A stretch of DNA of 64,000 bases from Porticoccaceae bacterium (GCA_050179115.1 JBFXFL010000008.1:4060-68059); one strand, 5' to 3'. Shown: positions 32,066 to 42,445, counted from the stretch's first letter. Notes: generated by a model from the letters alone, not told the origin. A program made the numbers and translations.

Positions 32066-33202
32066 ATGGCCCGAACACGCGCTGAACGACTGGTACGCAC
32101 GCTGCTCGAAAGCGCCGGCATCGCGATTGATGGTCCCGCGCGCCACGACATGCGGGTCCACAACCCCGCGCTCTACCCGCGCATTGTCCGGCACGGCTCT
32201 CTGGGCCTCGGCGAAGCCTACATGGACGGCTGGTGGGACGCCGACGCGGTGGACGAAACCATTGCCCGCATCTTGGCGGAGCGCGCGCAGCGGCAGCTGT
32301 CGCCGGGCCCCCGGGAACGTGTCCACACTACCATTGCGTATCTGTGGAACCTGCAGGGCCGGATACGGGCGCGCCGTGCCGTCGCCGCCCACTACGACAC
32401 CGGCAATGAGCTGTTTCGTCGCATGCTGGACCCGCTGATGAACTATTCCTGCGCCTACTGGGCAAACGCGGAGGATCTGGCGCAGGCGCAACGCAACAAG
32501 CTCGATCTCGTCTGCCGCAAGCTGGAACTTCGCCCGGGCCTGAAAGTAGTGGATATCGGCTGCGGCTGGGGCGGCTTCGCCCGCTACGCGGCCGAGCACT
32601 ACGGCGTCGAGGTCACCGGCATTACCCTGTCGCGGGAGCAGGCCAACTATGCCCGGGACCTGTGCCGGGGTCTGCCGGTCACCATCGAGCTGCGCGACTA
32701 TCGCGATCTGGGCAACCAGGGTTTCGCTATGCCCGCGGATCGCATCGTATCCATCGGCATGTTTGAGCACGTGGGAGTCCGCAACTACCCCGCCTTCATG
32801 CGCATCGCCGCGCGCTGCCTGCAACCGGACGGCCTCATGCTGCTGCACACCATTGGCAGCCTGGAAAGCAGCCGCGGCAACGATCCGTGGCTCGACAAAT
32901 ACATCTTCCCGGACGGCCAGCTGCCGTCGGCAGCTCAGCTCGGCCGCGCCAGCGAAGGACTGCTGGTGATCGAGGACTGGCACAACTTCGGCCCGGATTA
33001 CGATCCCACCCTGATGGCCTGGAAGCACAACTTTGAACTGGCCTGGCCGGAACTCGCCCCCGGGTACGGCCAGCGCTTCTACCGTATGTGGCGCTATTAC
33101 CTGATGTTGTGCGCCGGGGCTTTCCGCGCGCGCCACATGCAGTTATGGCAACTGGTGTTGTCGCGGCCGGACCGGACCCGGGGTTACCGCTCGGTGCGCT
33201 GA
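32066..33202 (+). CDS. cfa: Cyclopropane-fatty-acyl-phospholipid synthase
   Basis: ATG 32066 follows AGGGA. Contains HYDTGNELF, YSCAYW, the SAM motif VVDIGCGWGG, and GMFEHVG. Confidence 0.9.
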   Translation: MARTRAERLVRTLLESAGIAIDGPARHDMRVHNPALYPRIVRHGSLGLGEAYMDGWWDADAVDETIARILAERAQRQLSPGPRERVHTTIAYLWNLQGRIRARRAVAAHYDTGNELFRRMLDPLMNYSCAYWANAEDLAQAQRNKLDLVCRKLELRPGLKVVDIGCGWGGFARYAAEHYGVEVTGITLSREQANYARDLCRGLPVTIELRDYRDLGNQGFAMPADRIVSIGMFEHVGVRNYPAFMRIAARCLQPDGLMLLHTIGSLESSRGNDPWLDKYIFPDGQLPSAAQLGRASEGLLVIEDWHNFGPDYDPTLMAWKHNFELAWPELAPGYGQRFYRMWRYYLMLCAGAFRARHMQLWQLVLSRPDRTRGYRSVR

Positions 33203-33663
33203 CCGGATTTCAGGCCGGCAGGATCGGCGTCATCGACAGGAATGATCCCCGGTTACCAGCCCAACCTCCCAAGCGCCTGCCGGACCGCCACGCCATATCC
33301 CTCGCAAACACCACCCCGGGGGCATGGCCATTACCAGATCCGTTGCAGCAGCTCGGTGTCGCGGACTATTTTACGCGCCAGATGCGCGGCGAGTGCTGGA
33401 TATCGGCCGAGGCTCTCCAGACTGGCGAGCTCCACCGCGCTGAAACCACTGCAAAGATACTGTGCGGAAATATCCCCGGTGACAATGTCCCCGGCCTCAG
33501 CGGCAAGGTGGTTTTCAGCGCCGGTCTTGCAACCGACATGGCGTGCTTTTCCAGCATCTGCCGCATGCCCTCATCAGGGCAAGCAACCGCGCGGGGCACT
33601 GACACACGGTGGCAATACAGAGGGGCCAGGCTGCAAGCTGTCATTCCTCAACCTGGGCGAGCC

Positions 33664-35490
33664 GTGGCGTCAACTCCCCTCAACATCGTGGCACTCGCCA
33701 AACTGCGCACCGAACTGGCCGAACTGCAAAACGCAGTACTGGCGGAGGCGGAACCGATCATCGCCCGCTACTGCGATGGCGGCGAGGCAAGTCCCAGTCT
33801 GTGGAACTTTGCGCATTATCTGGCCTTGCGCAGCCGCGATCTGCGCCCCCTGCAGGAGCGCCTGGCGCGCGCGGGGCTATCGTCGCTCGGACGCAGCGAA
33901 GCCCATGTCATGGCGACCCTGGAGCAGGTCATCGCCCTGCTGGATCTCGTCCTCGATCTTCCGGGCGCCACAGGCACCGCCGCGTCCGTCGACTTCGACA
34001 CCGGAGAGCGTCTGCTGCGCGCCAACCGGGAGCTGTTGTTCGGTCCCCTCCCGAGCGCACGGACATCCCACATCATGGTCACCCTGCCGACGGAAGCCGC
34101 GCTCGACCGGACGCTGGTGGAAGGTCTGCTGTACGCCGGCATGGATTGCGCGCGCATCAATTGCGCTCACGACTCCCCCACGCAATGGCAGGCCATGATC
34201 GACCATGTGCGGACCGCAGCGGCTGCGCAGGACAAGTCGTGCCGCATTCTCATGGACCTCGCGGGTCCCAAGCTGCGCACCGGCCCCATCGCCGCCAGCG
34301 CTCTGACCCTGAGCCAAACCCTGCATCTGGTGGCGGGTCGTCCGCCCCTGGCCGCGGACGACGAGCCGGTCGCGCTCGGCTTCACCGCTGCCGTAATTGC
34401 GGCATTGCGGGGCGGTGACTGCATCACTTTCACGGATCGCCGCGGCAAGCGGCGCACACTGGAGATTGCTGAGAACAGCGACGCCAACGTCCTGACCGCC
34501 CACTGCAGAAAGCGCGCCATCATCGACGACACCACGGAATTCGAGTTTCCGCACACCACCGGGGCGCCGCCGGCGCGCGCGGCCCTGGCGGATACCGCTG
34601 CGGCCATCCGGCTGTATGAGGGCGACTCGCTGATCCTCACCCGGAACCCGGCGCCGGGCCGGCCGGCGCAGCCGGACACCGATGGCGGCGCACCACAACC
34701 CGCGTCGGTCCCTTGCTGCGAGCCCGCGGTACTGGATTATTTGCGCGTCGGCGAGGAAGTCTGGCTCGATGACGGCAAGCTGGGCGGCGTGATCGACCGG
34801 ATCGACGCCGAGGGCGCACGGATCACCATCACTTGCGCCGGTCCCCGGGGTCACAGGCTGCGCGCCGACAAGGGACTCAACTTCCCGGATTCCCGGCTCG
34901 ACCTGCCGGCGCTGACCGCCAAGGATTACCGCGATCTCGACTTCGTCGCGCAACATGCCGACCTGGTGGGCCTGTCCTTCACGCAATCGCTCGCGGATGT
35001 CGAGGTGCTGGCGCAAGCACTCGCGGCGCGCGGGGCTGGCACCCTGCCCATCATCGCCAAGATCGAAACCGCTCGGGGCGTGGAAAACCTGCCCGAAATA
35101 CTGCTCGGCACTCTGGGCCGCCATCCGCTCGGCGTGATGATCGCGCGCGGCGATCTGATGGTGGAAATCGGCGGCGAGCGCATGGCGGAAATGCAGGAGG
35201 AAATCCTGTGGCTGTGCGAAGCCGCCCATGTCCCCGTGATCTGGGCCACCCAGGTGCTGGAGACACTGGCCAAGAAGGGCACCCTGTCACGCCCGGAGAT
35301 CACCGACGCCGCCGCCTCCGCCCGCGCCGACTGCGTGATGCTCAACAAGGGCCCCCACATCCTGCGCGCGGTCGCCCTGCTGGCCGACATCCTGCGCCGC
35401 ATGGCGGGTCATCAAAACAAGAAAAACCCGCAATTGCGGGCGCTGTCCCTGGCTGTCCGGATCACTTCACCTACCGTGCCGCCGGCCTGA
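33664..35490 (+). CDS. Divergent pyruvate kinase family protein (N-terminal extension, enlarged B-domain, no C-terminal regulatory domain)
   Basis: Ordered PK-barrel motifs: HIMVTLP, ARINCAHD, MDLAGPKLRTG, KGLNFPD, ALTAKDYRDL, IAKIET, MIARGDLMVEIG, WATQVLETL, VMLNKGP. The start is unresolved: the frame is open from 33088, with candidates ATG 33145, ATG 33382, ATG 33565 and GTG 33664. I chose 33664 because third-position G/C bias drops in the ~100 nt just upstream. Confidence 0.65.
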   Translation: MASTPLNIVALAKLRTELAELQNAVLAEAEPIIARYCDGGEASPSLWNFAHYLALRSRDLRPLQERLARAGLSSLGRSEAHVMATLEQVIALLDLVLDLPGATGTAASVDFDTGERLLRANRELLFGPLPSARTSHIMVTLPTEAALDRTLVEGLLYAGMDCARINCAHDSPTQWQAMIDHVRTAAAAQDKSCRILMDLAGPKLRTGPIAASALTLSQTLHLVAGRPPLAADDEPVALGFTAAVIAALRGGDCITFTDRRGKRRTLEIAENSDANVLTAHCRKRAIIDDTTEFEFPHTTGAPPARAALADTAAAIRLYEGDSLILTRNPAPGRPAQPDTDGGAPQPASVPCCEPAVLDYLRVGEEVWLDDGKLGGVIDRIDAEGARITITCAGPRGHRLRADKGLNFPDSRLDLPALTAKDYRDLDFVAQHADLVGLSFTQSLADVEVLAQALAARGAGTLPIIAKIETARGVENLPEILLGTLGRHPLGVMIARGDLMVEIGGERMAEMQEEILWLCEAAHVPVIWATQVLETLAKKGTLSRPEITDAAASARADCVMLNKGPHILRAVALLADILRRMAGHQNKKNPQLRALSLAVRITSPTVPPA

Positions 35491-35603
35491 TCCGGTCCGC
35501 TGAGCGGTCCCACCCCGCCGAACTGGTCCACTGAGTACGGATGCACCGGCCAGGCCATTGGGAGTAGGCTGGCGGGCACCGAAAATAATCAGCGGGGGTT
35601 TTC

Positions 35604-36467
35604 ATGAACACATCAAGTGCCAAGGTATTGTCCACCGAGGTATTCGCCGCCGGCTTCGTCTTCCTGGAGGGACCGCGCTGGCGCAACGACCGGCTCTGGG
35701 TTTCCGACATGCACGGCCACACCGTCTACCGCCTGACCGCCGACGGTACCCGCGAGGCGATGGCCGCAGTGCCCGGCAAACCGTCGGGCATCGGTTTTCT
35801 GCCCGATGGCACGCCGCTGATCGTATCGATGCACGACCGCAAGCTCATGAAGCTGGTGGCGGGCCAACTGCAACTCCACGCCGACCTGTCCGAACTCTGC
35901 CCGTACGAGATCAACGACATGGTGGTGGACAAACACGGCAATGCCTACGTGGGCAACATCGGTTTCAATCTGCTCGCCGGCGAAAAATTCAAACCCACCA
36001 ATTTCGTGCTGGTAACGCCGGACGGCAAGGCCCGCGAGGTGGCACGGGATCTCGCCGTGCCGAACGGGCCGGTGATCACCGCCAACGGCAAGCGGTTGAT
36101 CGTCGCCGAATCCTGGGCCAAGAAACTCAGCGTCTTCGACATTGCCGCCGACGGCAGCCTCAGCAATCGCAAGGTATTCGCCGAACTCGACATCGCCCCG
36201 GACGGCATCTGCCTCGATGCCGAAGGCGCGATCTGGGTGGCCGGCTTCAACAGCGATACCTTCGTGCGCGTGCTGGAGGGCGGCAGGATCACTCACAAGG
36301 TCAAGGTGATGGACCGCTACCCGGTCGCCTGCACCCTGGGCGGCGCCGACGGCCGCACGCTGTTCTGCCTGACCTACCAGGGCACGATCAAGGAGATGGG
36401 CCAGAACAAGGAGGCGTCGCGGATCGAGACGGTGCGTGTGGATGTTCCCGCAGGCGGATCACCCTAA
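35604..36467 (+). CDS. SMP-30/gluconolactonase/LRE family protein
   Basis: 287 aa beta-propeller lactonase pattern (FLEGPRWRNDRLWVSD, PSGIGFLPDG, NDMVVD, PNGPVIT, PDGICLD). Confidence 0.8.
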   Translation: MNTSSAKVLSTEVFAAGFVFLEGPRWRNDRLWVSDMHGHTVYRLTADGTREAMAAVPGKPSGIGFLPDGTPLIVSMHDRKLMKLVAGQLQLHADLSELCPYEINDMVVDKHGNAYVGNIGFNLLAGEKFKPTNFVLVTPDGKAREVARDLAVPNGPVITANGKRLIVAESWAKKLSVFDIAADGSLSNRKVFAELDIAPDGICLDAEGAIWVAGFNSDTFVRVLEGGRITHKVKVMDRYPVACTLGGADGRTLFCLTYQGTIKEMGQNKEASRIETVRVDVPAGGSP

Positions 36468-36666
36468 TCCTTCTCGCCACGAATCTGGATTGACCGGCGG
36501 TTGCAAAACGTCGCAGAACATCGGCCGTGAGGCCCTCGGCGCGCAATGATCGATACCTATGGATCGATGCGCGAGGAAGCGAGCACCATCCAACGAGGCG
36601 GATGGCGACTGCGGCAGCTCTTTCAACTTCAACCGTCTGCCAAAGCAAGCAGTGCATGATCCCGGC

Positions 36667-37212
36667 TCAGGAATCCGAGGTGTCAAGCCGTTTCAGTTCC
36701 ACCGGCACGCGGGCCCTGTCATTGCTCATCCACACCTCGCCATCCTGTACCAGGCATTGCAACCGCATGGTGCGCGTCGCGAGCGCGGCCAGTGCCTGAC
36801 TGGTGGCAACGGACAGTTGCAGCACCCTGAGATTTCTGAGCCGCGTCAGCTTGCTTTCGAGCGACTTCCACCACAGGCCACAACTGCTGCTGTAGCAGAC
36901 CGCGATCACCTGCTCGGCACGTCCGCTGGCCTTGCGCAAGCGCGCTTCATCCGGCTGGCCGATATCGATCCACAGCCTGATCTGGCCGGTCAGGTCCTTC
37001 ACCCAGATTTCGGGTTCGTCAGCCTCGGACAGACCCTTGGTGAAAGCGATGCCCTCCTGGGCGTGCAGCGCGTACATCAGCACCCGCACCATCAGGCGTT
37101 CGTCGGTTTCGGAGGGATGACGCGCCAGGGTGAGCGCATGATCGGCGTAGTAATTCCTGTCCAGATCGGCGATCTGGAGATCGGCCTTGTAAATCGTGGC
37201 CTTGAGCGCCAT
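36667..37212 (-). CDS. yaeQ: YaeQ family protein
   Basis: From ATG 37212: MALKATIYKADLQIADLDRNYYADHALTLARHPSETDERLMVR..., a characteristic YaeQ N-terminus. 181 aa. Confidence 0.85.
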   Translation of the reverse strand: MALKATIYKADLQIADLDRNYYADHALTLARHPSETDERLMVRVLMYALHAQEGIAFTKGLSEADEPEIWVKDLTGQIRLWIDIGQPDEARLRKASGRAEQVIAVCYSSSCGLWWKSLESKLTRLRNLRVLQLSVATSQALAALATRTMRLQCLVQDGEVWMSNDRARVPVELKRLDTSDS

Positions 37213-37345
37213 GGGTGGCATCCATTGATGAAAAAGACCTGAATTCAAGGTTCCGATCGCCTGAGCCTGCCAGCGGACAAAGTCGGCCGCCGCCTCCTGA
37301 TCCCGGGCACATGGCGGTGCTCGCGGATGTGGCTGCGGGATTCGG

Positions 37346-38548
37346 TCAACCGAGTCCCAGACAGGCCCGGGTCTGACGGGCGATCTCGGCTTCCTCGTCG
37401 GCGGCCATGGCGAGTACGGCAACGGTCGCGTGCCGGGAATCGTGCAGTGCGGTGATATCGGTGTCGGGATCCTCCCGTGGGGGACCGAGCACGATCCCGC
37501 AGCCTTCGAGGCCCGCGCAACTACGGCGTATGACTTCGGCATCGTGGGCACCGATGCCGCCGGTGAAGACGATGGCGTCGACCCGGCCGAGTACCGCGAG
37601 ATAGGCGCCGATGATCTTCCTGACACGGTAACAGAACATTTCCCGCGCGAGTGCCGCCTCGCGGTCGCCCGCCGCGGCGCGCTCGCGTACCTCGCGCATA
37701 TCGCTGCTGCCGCATACCGCCTTCAACCCGCTCTCCTGTTCGAGCAACGCCCGCACCGCGGCGGGATCGCGGCCCGCCGCCTGCATCAACAGTGGCAGCG
37801 CGGGGTCGATATCGCCCGAGCGGCTGCCCATCATCAGGCCTTCCAGCGGCGTAAAGCCCATGCTGGTGTCGATGCTGCACCCGCCCTGGATGGCAGTGGC
37901 ACTGGCGCCATTGCCCAGGTGCAGGGTGATGAGATTGACCGCCGCCGGCGGTCGGCGCAGCCAGGCAGCGGCGCGACGCGCGGCCTGAGCGTGGGAGATG
38001 CCGTGAAAACCGTAGCGGCGCACCGGGCTTCCCGCGGCCAGCCCGGCGAGCGCAGCCTCGGGTAGCGGGTAGCGCCAGGCGTATTCCGGCAGGGTATGGT
38101 GGAAAGCGGTGTCGAACACCACCACCTGAGGCACCCCGGGAAATCGCTGGCGCGCCACTTCGATACCGAGCAGATTGACGGGGTTATGGCTCGGCGCCAG
38201 GGGTATCAGCCGTGTGATTTCGGCGACCACCTTGTCATCGACAGCAACCGGGCTCAGGAAACGCACGCCCCCGTGCACCACGCGGTGGCCGATGGCGGCG
38301 AGACTCGCGGGCAACCCGAGCCCCGGGGCTGAACAGAGATGTTCCAGGATCGCCACCAGGGCACCGCGGTGATCGCTCACATGCGGCGGGAGCGGCAGCG
38401 CCCGTTCGCCGGGTTCGCACCGCCAGCGCAGAGCACCCGTGCCAATACCATCCAGAACGCCACCAGCCAGGCTCGCCGCGCCCTGCCGCAGCTGGTATTT
38501 GACCGAGGAGCTGCCGCAGTTGAGCACCAGTATCAGGGGCTCAGCCAT
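37346..38548 (-). CDS. ackA: Acetate kinase
   Basis: From ATG 38548: MAEPLILVLNCGSSSVKYQL. Also GHRVVHGG, VFDTAFHHTLP, YGFHGISH, HLGNGAS, GFTPLEGLMMGSRSGDIDP, FTGGIG. The ATG overlaps the glgA stop (ATGGCTGA). Confidence 0.9.
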   Translation of the reverse strand: MAEPLILVLNCGSSSVKYQLRQGAASLAGGVLDGIGTGALRWRCEPGERALPLPPHVSDHRGALVAILEHLCSAPGLGLPASLAAIGHRVVHGGVRFLSPVAVDDKVVAEITRLIPLAPSHNPVNLLGIEVARQRFPGVPQVVVFDTAFHHTLPEYAWRYPLPEAALAGLAAGSPVRRYGFHGISHAQAARRAAAWLRRPPAAVNLITLHLGNGASATAIQGGCSIDTSMGFTPLEGLMMGSRSGDIDPALPLLMQAAGRDPAAVRALLEQESGLKAVCGSSDMREVRERAAAGDREAALAREMFCYRVRKIIGAYLAVLGRVDAIVFTGGIGAHDAEVIRRSCAGLEGCGIVLGPPREDPDTDITALHDSRHATVAVLAMAADEEAEIARQTRACLGLG

Positions 38549-40007
38549 GCGCCACTCCCGCCGCATCGGCAAGGGCGCGGCGATAGACCGCGAGATACTG
38601 TTCGGCGCTGCGCCGCCAACTGAAGTCGCCAGCCATGGCGTTGCGCCGCAGCGCCCGCCAGGCGGCCGGGTCGCGGTACAGGCTGAGCCCCCGCTCCAGC
38701 GCCTGCGCGAGCGCCGCCGCAGTCGGCTCGTCAAACACCAGCCCCGTCGCCGCATTGCCGTCACCGTCGTGGCGGGCGAGCACATCCACCACGGTATCGG
38801 CGAGGCCGCCGGTGCGGTGCACCACGGGAATGGCACCATAGCGCTGGCTGTACATCTGGTTGAGCCCGCAGGGCTCGAAGCGCGAGGGCATCAGGAAAAA
38901 ATCGGCGCCGGCCTCGATGCGGTGCGCGAGCCCTTCGTCGTAACCGATGCGCACTGCGACCCACTCGGGACGCTCGGCAGCGAGTACCCGCAAACGCTCT
39001 TCCCAAGCTGCCTCGCCGCTGCCCAGCAGCACCCATTGCACGGGGAAGCCGCGCCAGGTTTCGATCACCTCCGCCACCAGATCGATGCCCTTCTGTTGCA
39101 CCAGGCGGCCGACCAGCCCCAGCAGGGGGATATTCTCGGCCGCCGGCAGCCCCAGTTCCTTTTGCAGCGCTACCTTGTTGGCGCGCTTGCCGGCGTCGAT
39201 CGTGGCGCGGTCGTAGGGGCTGGCGAGATACGGGTCCGTAGCAGGATTCCAGATGTCCGCGTCGATGCCGTTGAGGATTCCGGTGAAGTCATCGCGACGG
39301 TAGCGGAGCAGGCCATCAAGGCCGCAACCGTGCTCCGGCTCCAGCAACTGGCGGGCGTAGGTGGGGCTCACGGTGGTGAGCTGGTCCGCAAACACCAGCC
39401 CCGCCTTGAGAAAGGAAAACCCGCCGTAAAACTCCAGCGCGTCCGGTGTCCACCAGGCTTCGGGAAGGTCCAGTGCGTCAAACTGCGCGCGGTCGAACAC
39501 ACCCTGGTAAGCCTGATTGTGGATGGTGAACACGGTCGCCGGGCGTTGGGTTTCCCGGGACAGAAGAGCCGGCACCAGTCCGGTCTGCCAATCGTTGCAA
39601 TGCACCAGATCCGGGCGCCAGCCGAGGCCGGCGCGATCCAGGGCGATGGCACAGAGCGCGTGGGCGAAGCCGTGAAAACGCCGCGCATTGTCGGGCCAGT
39701 CGCGGCCGGAGGCATCGCCGTAGGGTCCGCCGGGACGTTCGAACAGGGCCGGCGCATCCACCAGCACGACAGGCAGCTCCGTCCCGGGCAGCCGGCCGCC
39801 GACCAGGGTCGCTCCCGACAGCCCGGGTACCGGACCCAGGATCATGGGTTCGGCGAGGGCCGCGCGCGCCGCCGGATAGGCGGGCAACGCAATCCAGACC
39901 TCATGACCGAGCGTTGCGAGCGCGCGCGGCAGACTGGCGGAGACATCGGCGAGCCCACCGGTCTTGGCCAGGGGAAATACCTCGGAACTGGCAAACAGCA
40001 GTCGCAC
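38541..40007 (-). CDS. glgA: Glycogen synthase (ADP-glucose type)
   Basis: MRLLFASSEVFPLAKTGGLADV (KTGGL motif), HCNDWQT, and a C-terminal GT-B motif (PSRFEPCGLNQMY, TGGLADTV). GTG start at 40007. Confidence 0.92.
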   Translation of the reverse strand: MRLLFASSEVFPLAKTGGLADVSASLPRALATLGHEVWIALPAYPAARAALAEPMILGPVPGLSGATLVGGRLPGTELPVVLVDAPALFERPGGPYGDASGRDWPDNARRFHGFAHALCAIALDRAGLGWRPDLVHCNDWQTGLVPALLSRETQRPATVFTIHNQAYQGVFDRAQFDALDLPEAWWTPDALEFYGGFSFLKAGLVFADQLTTVSPTYARQLLEPEHGCGLDGLLRYRRDDFTGILNGIDADIWNPATDPYLASPYDRATIDAGKRANKVALQKELGLPAAENIPLLGLVGRLVQQKGIDLVAEVIETWRGFPVQWVLLGSGEAAWEERLRVLAAERPEWVAVRIGYDEGLAHRIEAGADFFLMPSRFEPCGLNQMYSQRYGAIPVVHRTGGLADTVVDVLARHDGDGNAATGLVFDEPTAAALAQALERGLSLYRDPAAWRALRRNAMAGDFSWRRSAEQYLAVYRRALADAAGVAHG

Positions 40008-40019
40008 GAGCCCGGCGCC

Positions 40020-42227
40020 CTACCCTGGAATCCTTTGCAGAACAAGTCCAGCCAGCGGCGGCAAGGTCAGCACCAGGGAGTGGGGCCGGCCCATGGCGGG
40101 CATCGGCTGGCTGGCGATGTGGACGCCGTTGGAAACATCGCTGCCCTGGTAGTAGGTGGAATCGGAATTCAGCATTTCCCGATAGATACCGGACTCGGGT
40201 ACGCCGATGCGATAACCGTGACGCACGACCGGCGTGAAGTTGAGGATCACGATCACAAACTCGTCCTCAGCCCGGCGCAGAAAACTGATCACCGATTGGC
40301 TGTTGTCATGACAATCGAGCCACTCGAAACCCTGCGCTTCGAAATCGTAGCGGTGCAGCGCCGGGCACTCCCGGTGCAAGCGGTTGAGGTCACCCACCAG
40401 GCGCTGCACGCCTTGCTGATAGGGATAGGCCGACAGACCCCAGTCCAGTTCGCGGTGATGGGTCCACTCGCTGCCCTGGGCGAACTCCCCGCCCATGAAC
40501 AGCAACTTGCGACCAGGCATGGTGTATTGATACAGGTAAAGCAGGCGCAGGTTGGAAAATCGTTGCCAGGGATCGCCCGGCATCTTGTCGAGCAGGGAGC
40601 GCTTGCCGTGCACCACCTCGTCGTGGGACAGCGGCAGGATGAAATTCTCGGTAAAGGCGTAGAGCAGTCCGAAGGTCAGATGATCGTGGTGGTAGCAACG
40701 GTGTACCGGATCCTCGCTCATATAGGCGAGGGTGTCGTTCATCCAGCCCATGTTCCATTTCATGCTGAAGCCCAGACCACCGACGTAGGTGGGGCGGGAC
40801 ACCATCGGCCAGGCGGTGGATTCCTCCGCCATGGTGAGCGCGCCGGGGTGGTGCTCATGCACGAGACAGTTCAGCTCGCGCAGAAAGTCGATCGCCTCCA
40901 GGTTTTCCCTGCCACCGTGACGGTTGGGAAGCCATTCGCCGGCCGGGCGGTCGTAATCCAGATAAAGCATCGAGGCCACGGCATCGACCCGCAGGCCGTC
41001 GATATGGCAGGACTCCAGCCAGAACAGGGCGCTCGACAGCAGGAAGTTTTTCACCTCGTTGCGGCCATAATTGAAAATCAGCGTACCCCACTCCCGATGT
41101 TCCCCGAGGCGGGGGTCCTCGTGCTCATAGAGGGCACTGCCGTCAAAGCGGGCAAGGCCGTGGGCATCACGGGGAAAGTGCCCGGGCACCCAGTCGAGCA
41201 GCACGCCGATGCCGGCGCGGTGGCACTGATCGACGAAATAACAGAAATCATCGAAGCCGCCGAAGCGGCTGGTAGGCGCGAAATAGCCAGTGACCTGATA
41301 ACCCCAGGAACCATCGAAGGGATGTTCGCTGACCGGCATCAACTCGATGTGGGTAAAACCGAGATCGCGCACATAGGGCACCAGTTGCTCGGCGAGTTCG
41401 CGGTAATTGAGCAGACTGCCGTCGGCCGCGCGGCGCCAGGAACCCAGGTGCACCTCATAGATCGCCAGCGGGCTGTGCTGCCAGTCCCAGCGCGCGCGCG
41501 CCGCCATCCAGTCCACATCATTCCAGTCGTACGCGGCAGTGCCGACCACCACGGAAGCGGTATGCGGCGGCGTCTCGAAGCGGCGCGCATAGGGATCGAT
41601 CTTGACCAGGATCGCGCCGCTGTCGCGGTTGCGGAGCTCGTACTTGTAGAGCGTTCCGGCGCCGATTCCCGGCAGAAACAACTCCCAGATGCCGCTGTCG
41701 CCGCGACTCTGCATCGGCGCCACCCGGCCGTCCCAGTGATTGAAATCGCCGACTACGCTGACCCGCTCGGCATTGGGGGCCCAGACCGCGAAGCGGGTGC
41801 CCGCGATGCCGTCGACGATCTCGGGGTGGGCACCGAGAAAACGATGGGCGTGACAGGCGCGGCCCTCCGCGAAGGCGCACAGATCCGCGCCTGGAATGCC
41901 GGTAGCGAAGCTGTAGGGATCGACAAACTCGCGGCAGGTACCGTCCGCCTCCTCTTCCCGCAGTCGCGGATGGAGACCGAGGTCGGCCGGATCGCCACGC
42001 CACTCGAACAGCGCGGTATTGCCCACCCGATCCATGGCCTGAAACCCGCGCGCGGTCTCGACCCACAGGTGTTGGGCGCGTGGTCGCAAGGCGCGCAGCA
42101 ACGCCCTCCGGTCGCGCGTCTGGGGGCCCAGCAGTTCCAGCGGGTTGTGGAGGCGACCGGCGAGGATAAGGATTACCTCTTGACTCAGATCAATCGAACC
42201 GGATTCAGGAATCGGTTGTAGTTTCAT
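40020..42227 (-). CDS. glgB: 1,4-alpha-glucan branching enzyme (GH13)
   Basis: Collinear with E. coli GlgB: [58 protein letters not shown]. Start is ATG 42227 (MKLQPI...) or ATG 42254. Confidence 0.92.
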   Translation of the reverse strand: MKLQPIPESGSIDLSQEVILILAGRLHNPLELLGPQTRDRRALLRALRPRAQHLWVETARGFQAMDRVGNTALFEWRGDPADLGLHPRLREEEADGTCREFVDPYSFATGIPGADLCAFAEGRACHAHRFLGAHPEIVDGIAGTRFAVWAPNAERVSVVGDFNHWDGRVAPMQSRGDSGIWELFLPGIGAGTLYKYELRNRDSGAILVKIDPYARRFETPPHTASVVVGTAAYDWNDVDWMAARARWDWQHSPLAIYEVHLGSWRRAADGSLLNYRELAEQLVPYVRDLGFTHIELMPVSEHPFDGSWGYQVTGYFAPTSRFGGFDDFCYFVDQCHRAGIGVLLDWVPGHFPRDAHGLARFDGSALYEHEDPRLGEHREWGTLIFNYGRNEVKNFLLSSALFWLESCHIDGLRVDAVASMLYLDYDRPAGEWLPNRHGGRENLEAIDFLRELNCLVHEHHPGALTMAEESTAWPMVSRPTYVGGLGFSMKWNMGWMNDTLAYMSEDPVHRCYHHDHLTFGLLYAFTENFILPLSHDEVVHGKRSLLDKMPGDPWQRFSNLRLLYLYQYTMPGRKLLFMGGEFAQGSEWTHHRELDWGLSAYPYQQGVQRLVGDLNRLHRECPALHRYDFEAQGFEWLDCHDNSQSVISFLRRAEDEFVIVILNFTPVVRHGYRIGVPESGIYREMLNSDSTYYQGSDVSNGVHIASQPMPAMGRPHSLVLTLPPLAGLVLQRIPG

Positions 42228-42445
42228 ATTTCTGTGCCAAAGTAAAACATGCATCAGGATGCTGCTGGGGTTCGGTTCGGGACGCGAAAAATTGCGCCGT
42301 AGGGAACATTTCGCGATCTAGCGCACCCTAACCTGATTACTGCTCCTACTGGGGCAAAATCTGCGCCGCTGCCAGGTCCCAGTATCGCAAGGGGAATGCG
42401 GCGGCGCCATGACGACTCCATACCGAACCGAGGCTCGACCACAAT

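Noticed and set aside
33366-33644. 92-aa minus-strand ORF in the cfa/PK-like spacer
   Set aside because: No ribosome-binding site, implausible Cys/Pro/Arg-rich sequence, and it is not the frame carrying the coding-like codon bias. The tract is reported separately as unresolved.
38439-42221. 1260-aa ORF on the plus strand spanning the glgA/glgB region
   Set aside because: It is antisense to two genes with unambiguous full-length homology (GlgA, GlgB). The translation is low-complexity and Arg/Gly/Ala/His-rich. Long stop-free antisense frames are expected in GC-rich coding DNA.
42228-42260. Sigma-54 type -24 element (TGGCAC) next to the glgB start, and TTGGCA in the sucC upstream spacer (~53575)
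   Set aside because: No GC/TTGC -12 element follows at the correct 4-5 nt spacing, and the glgB copy directly abuts the start codon.
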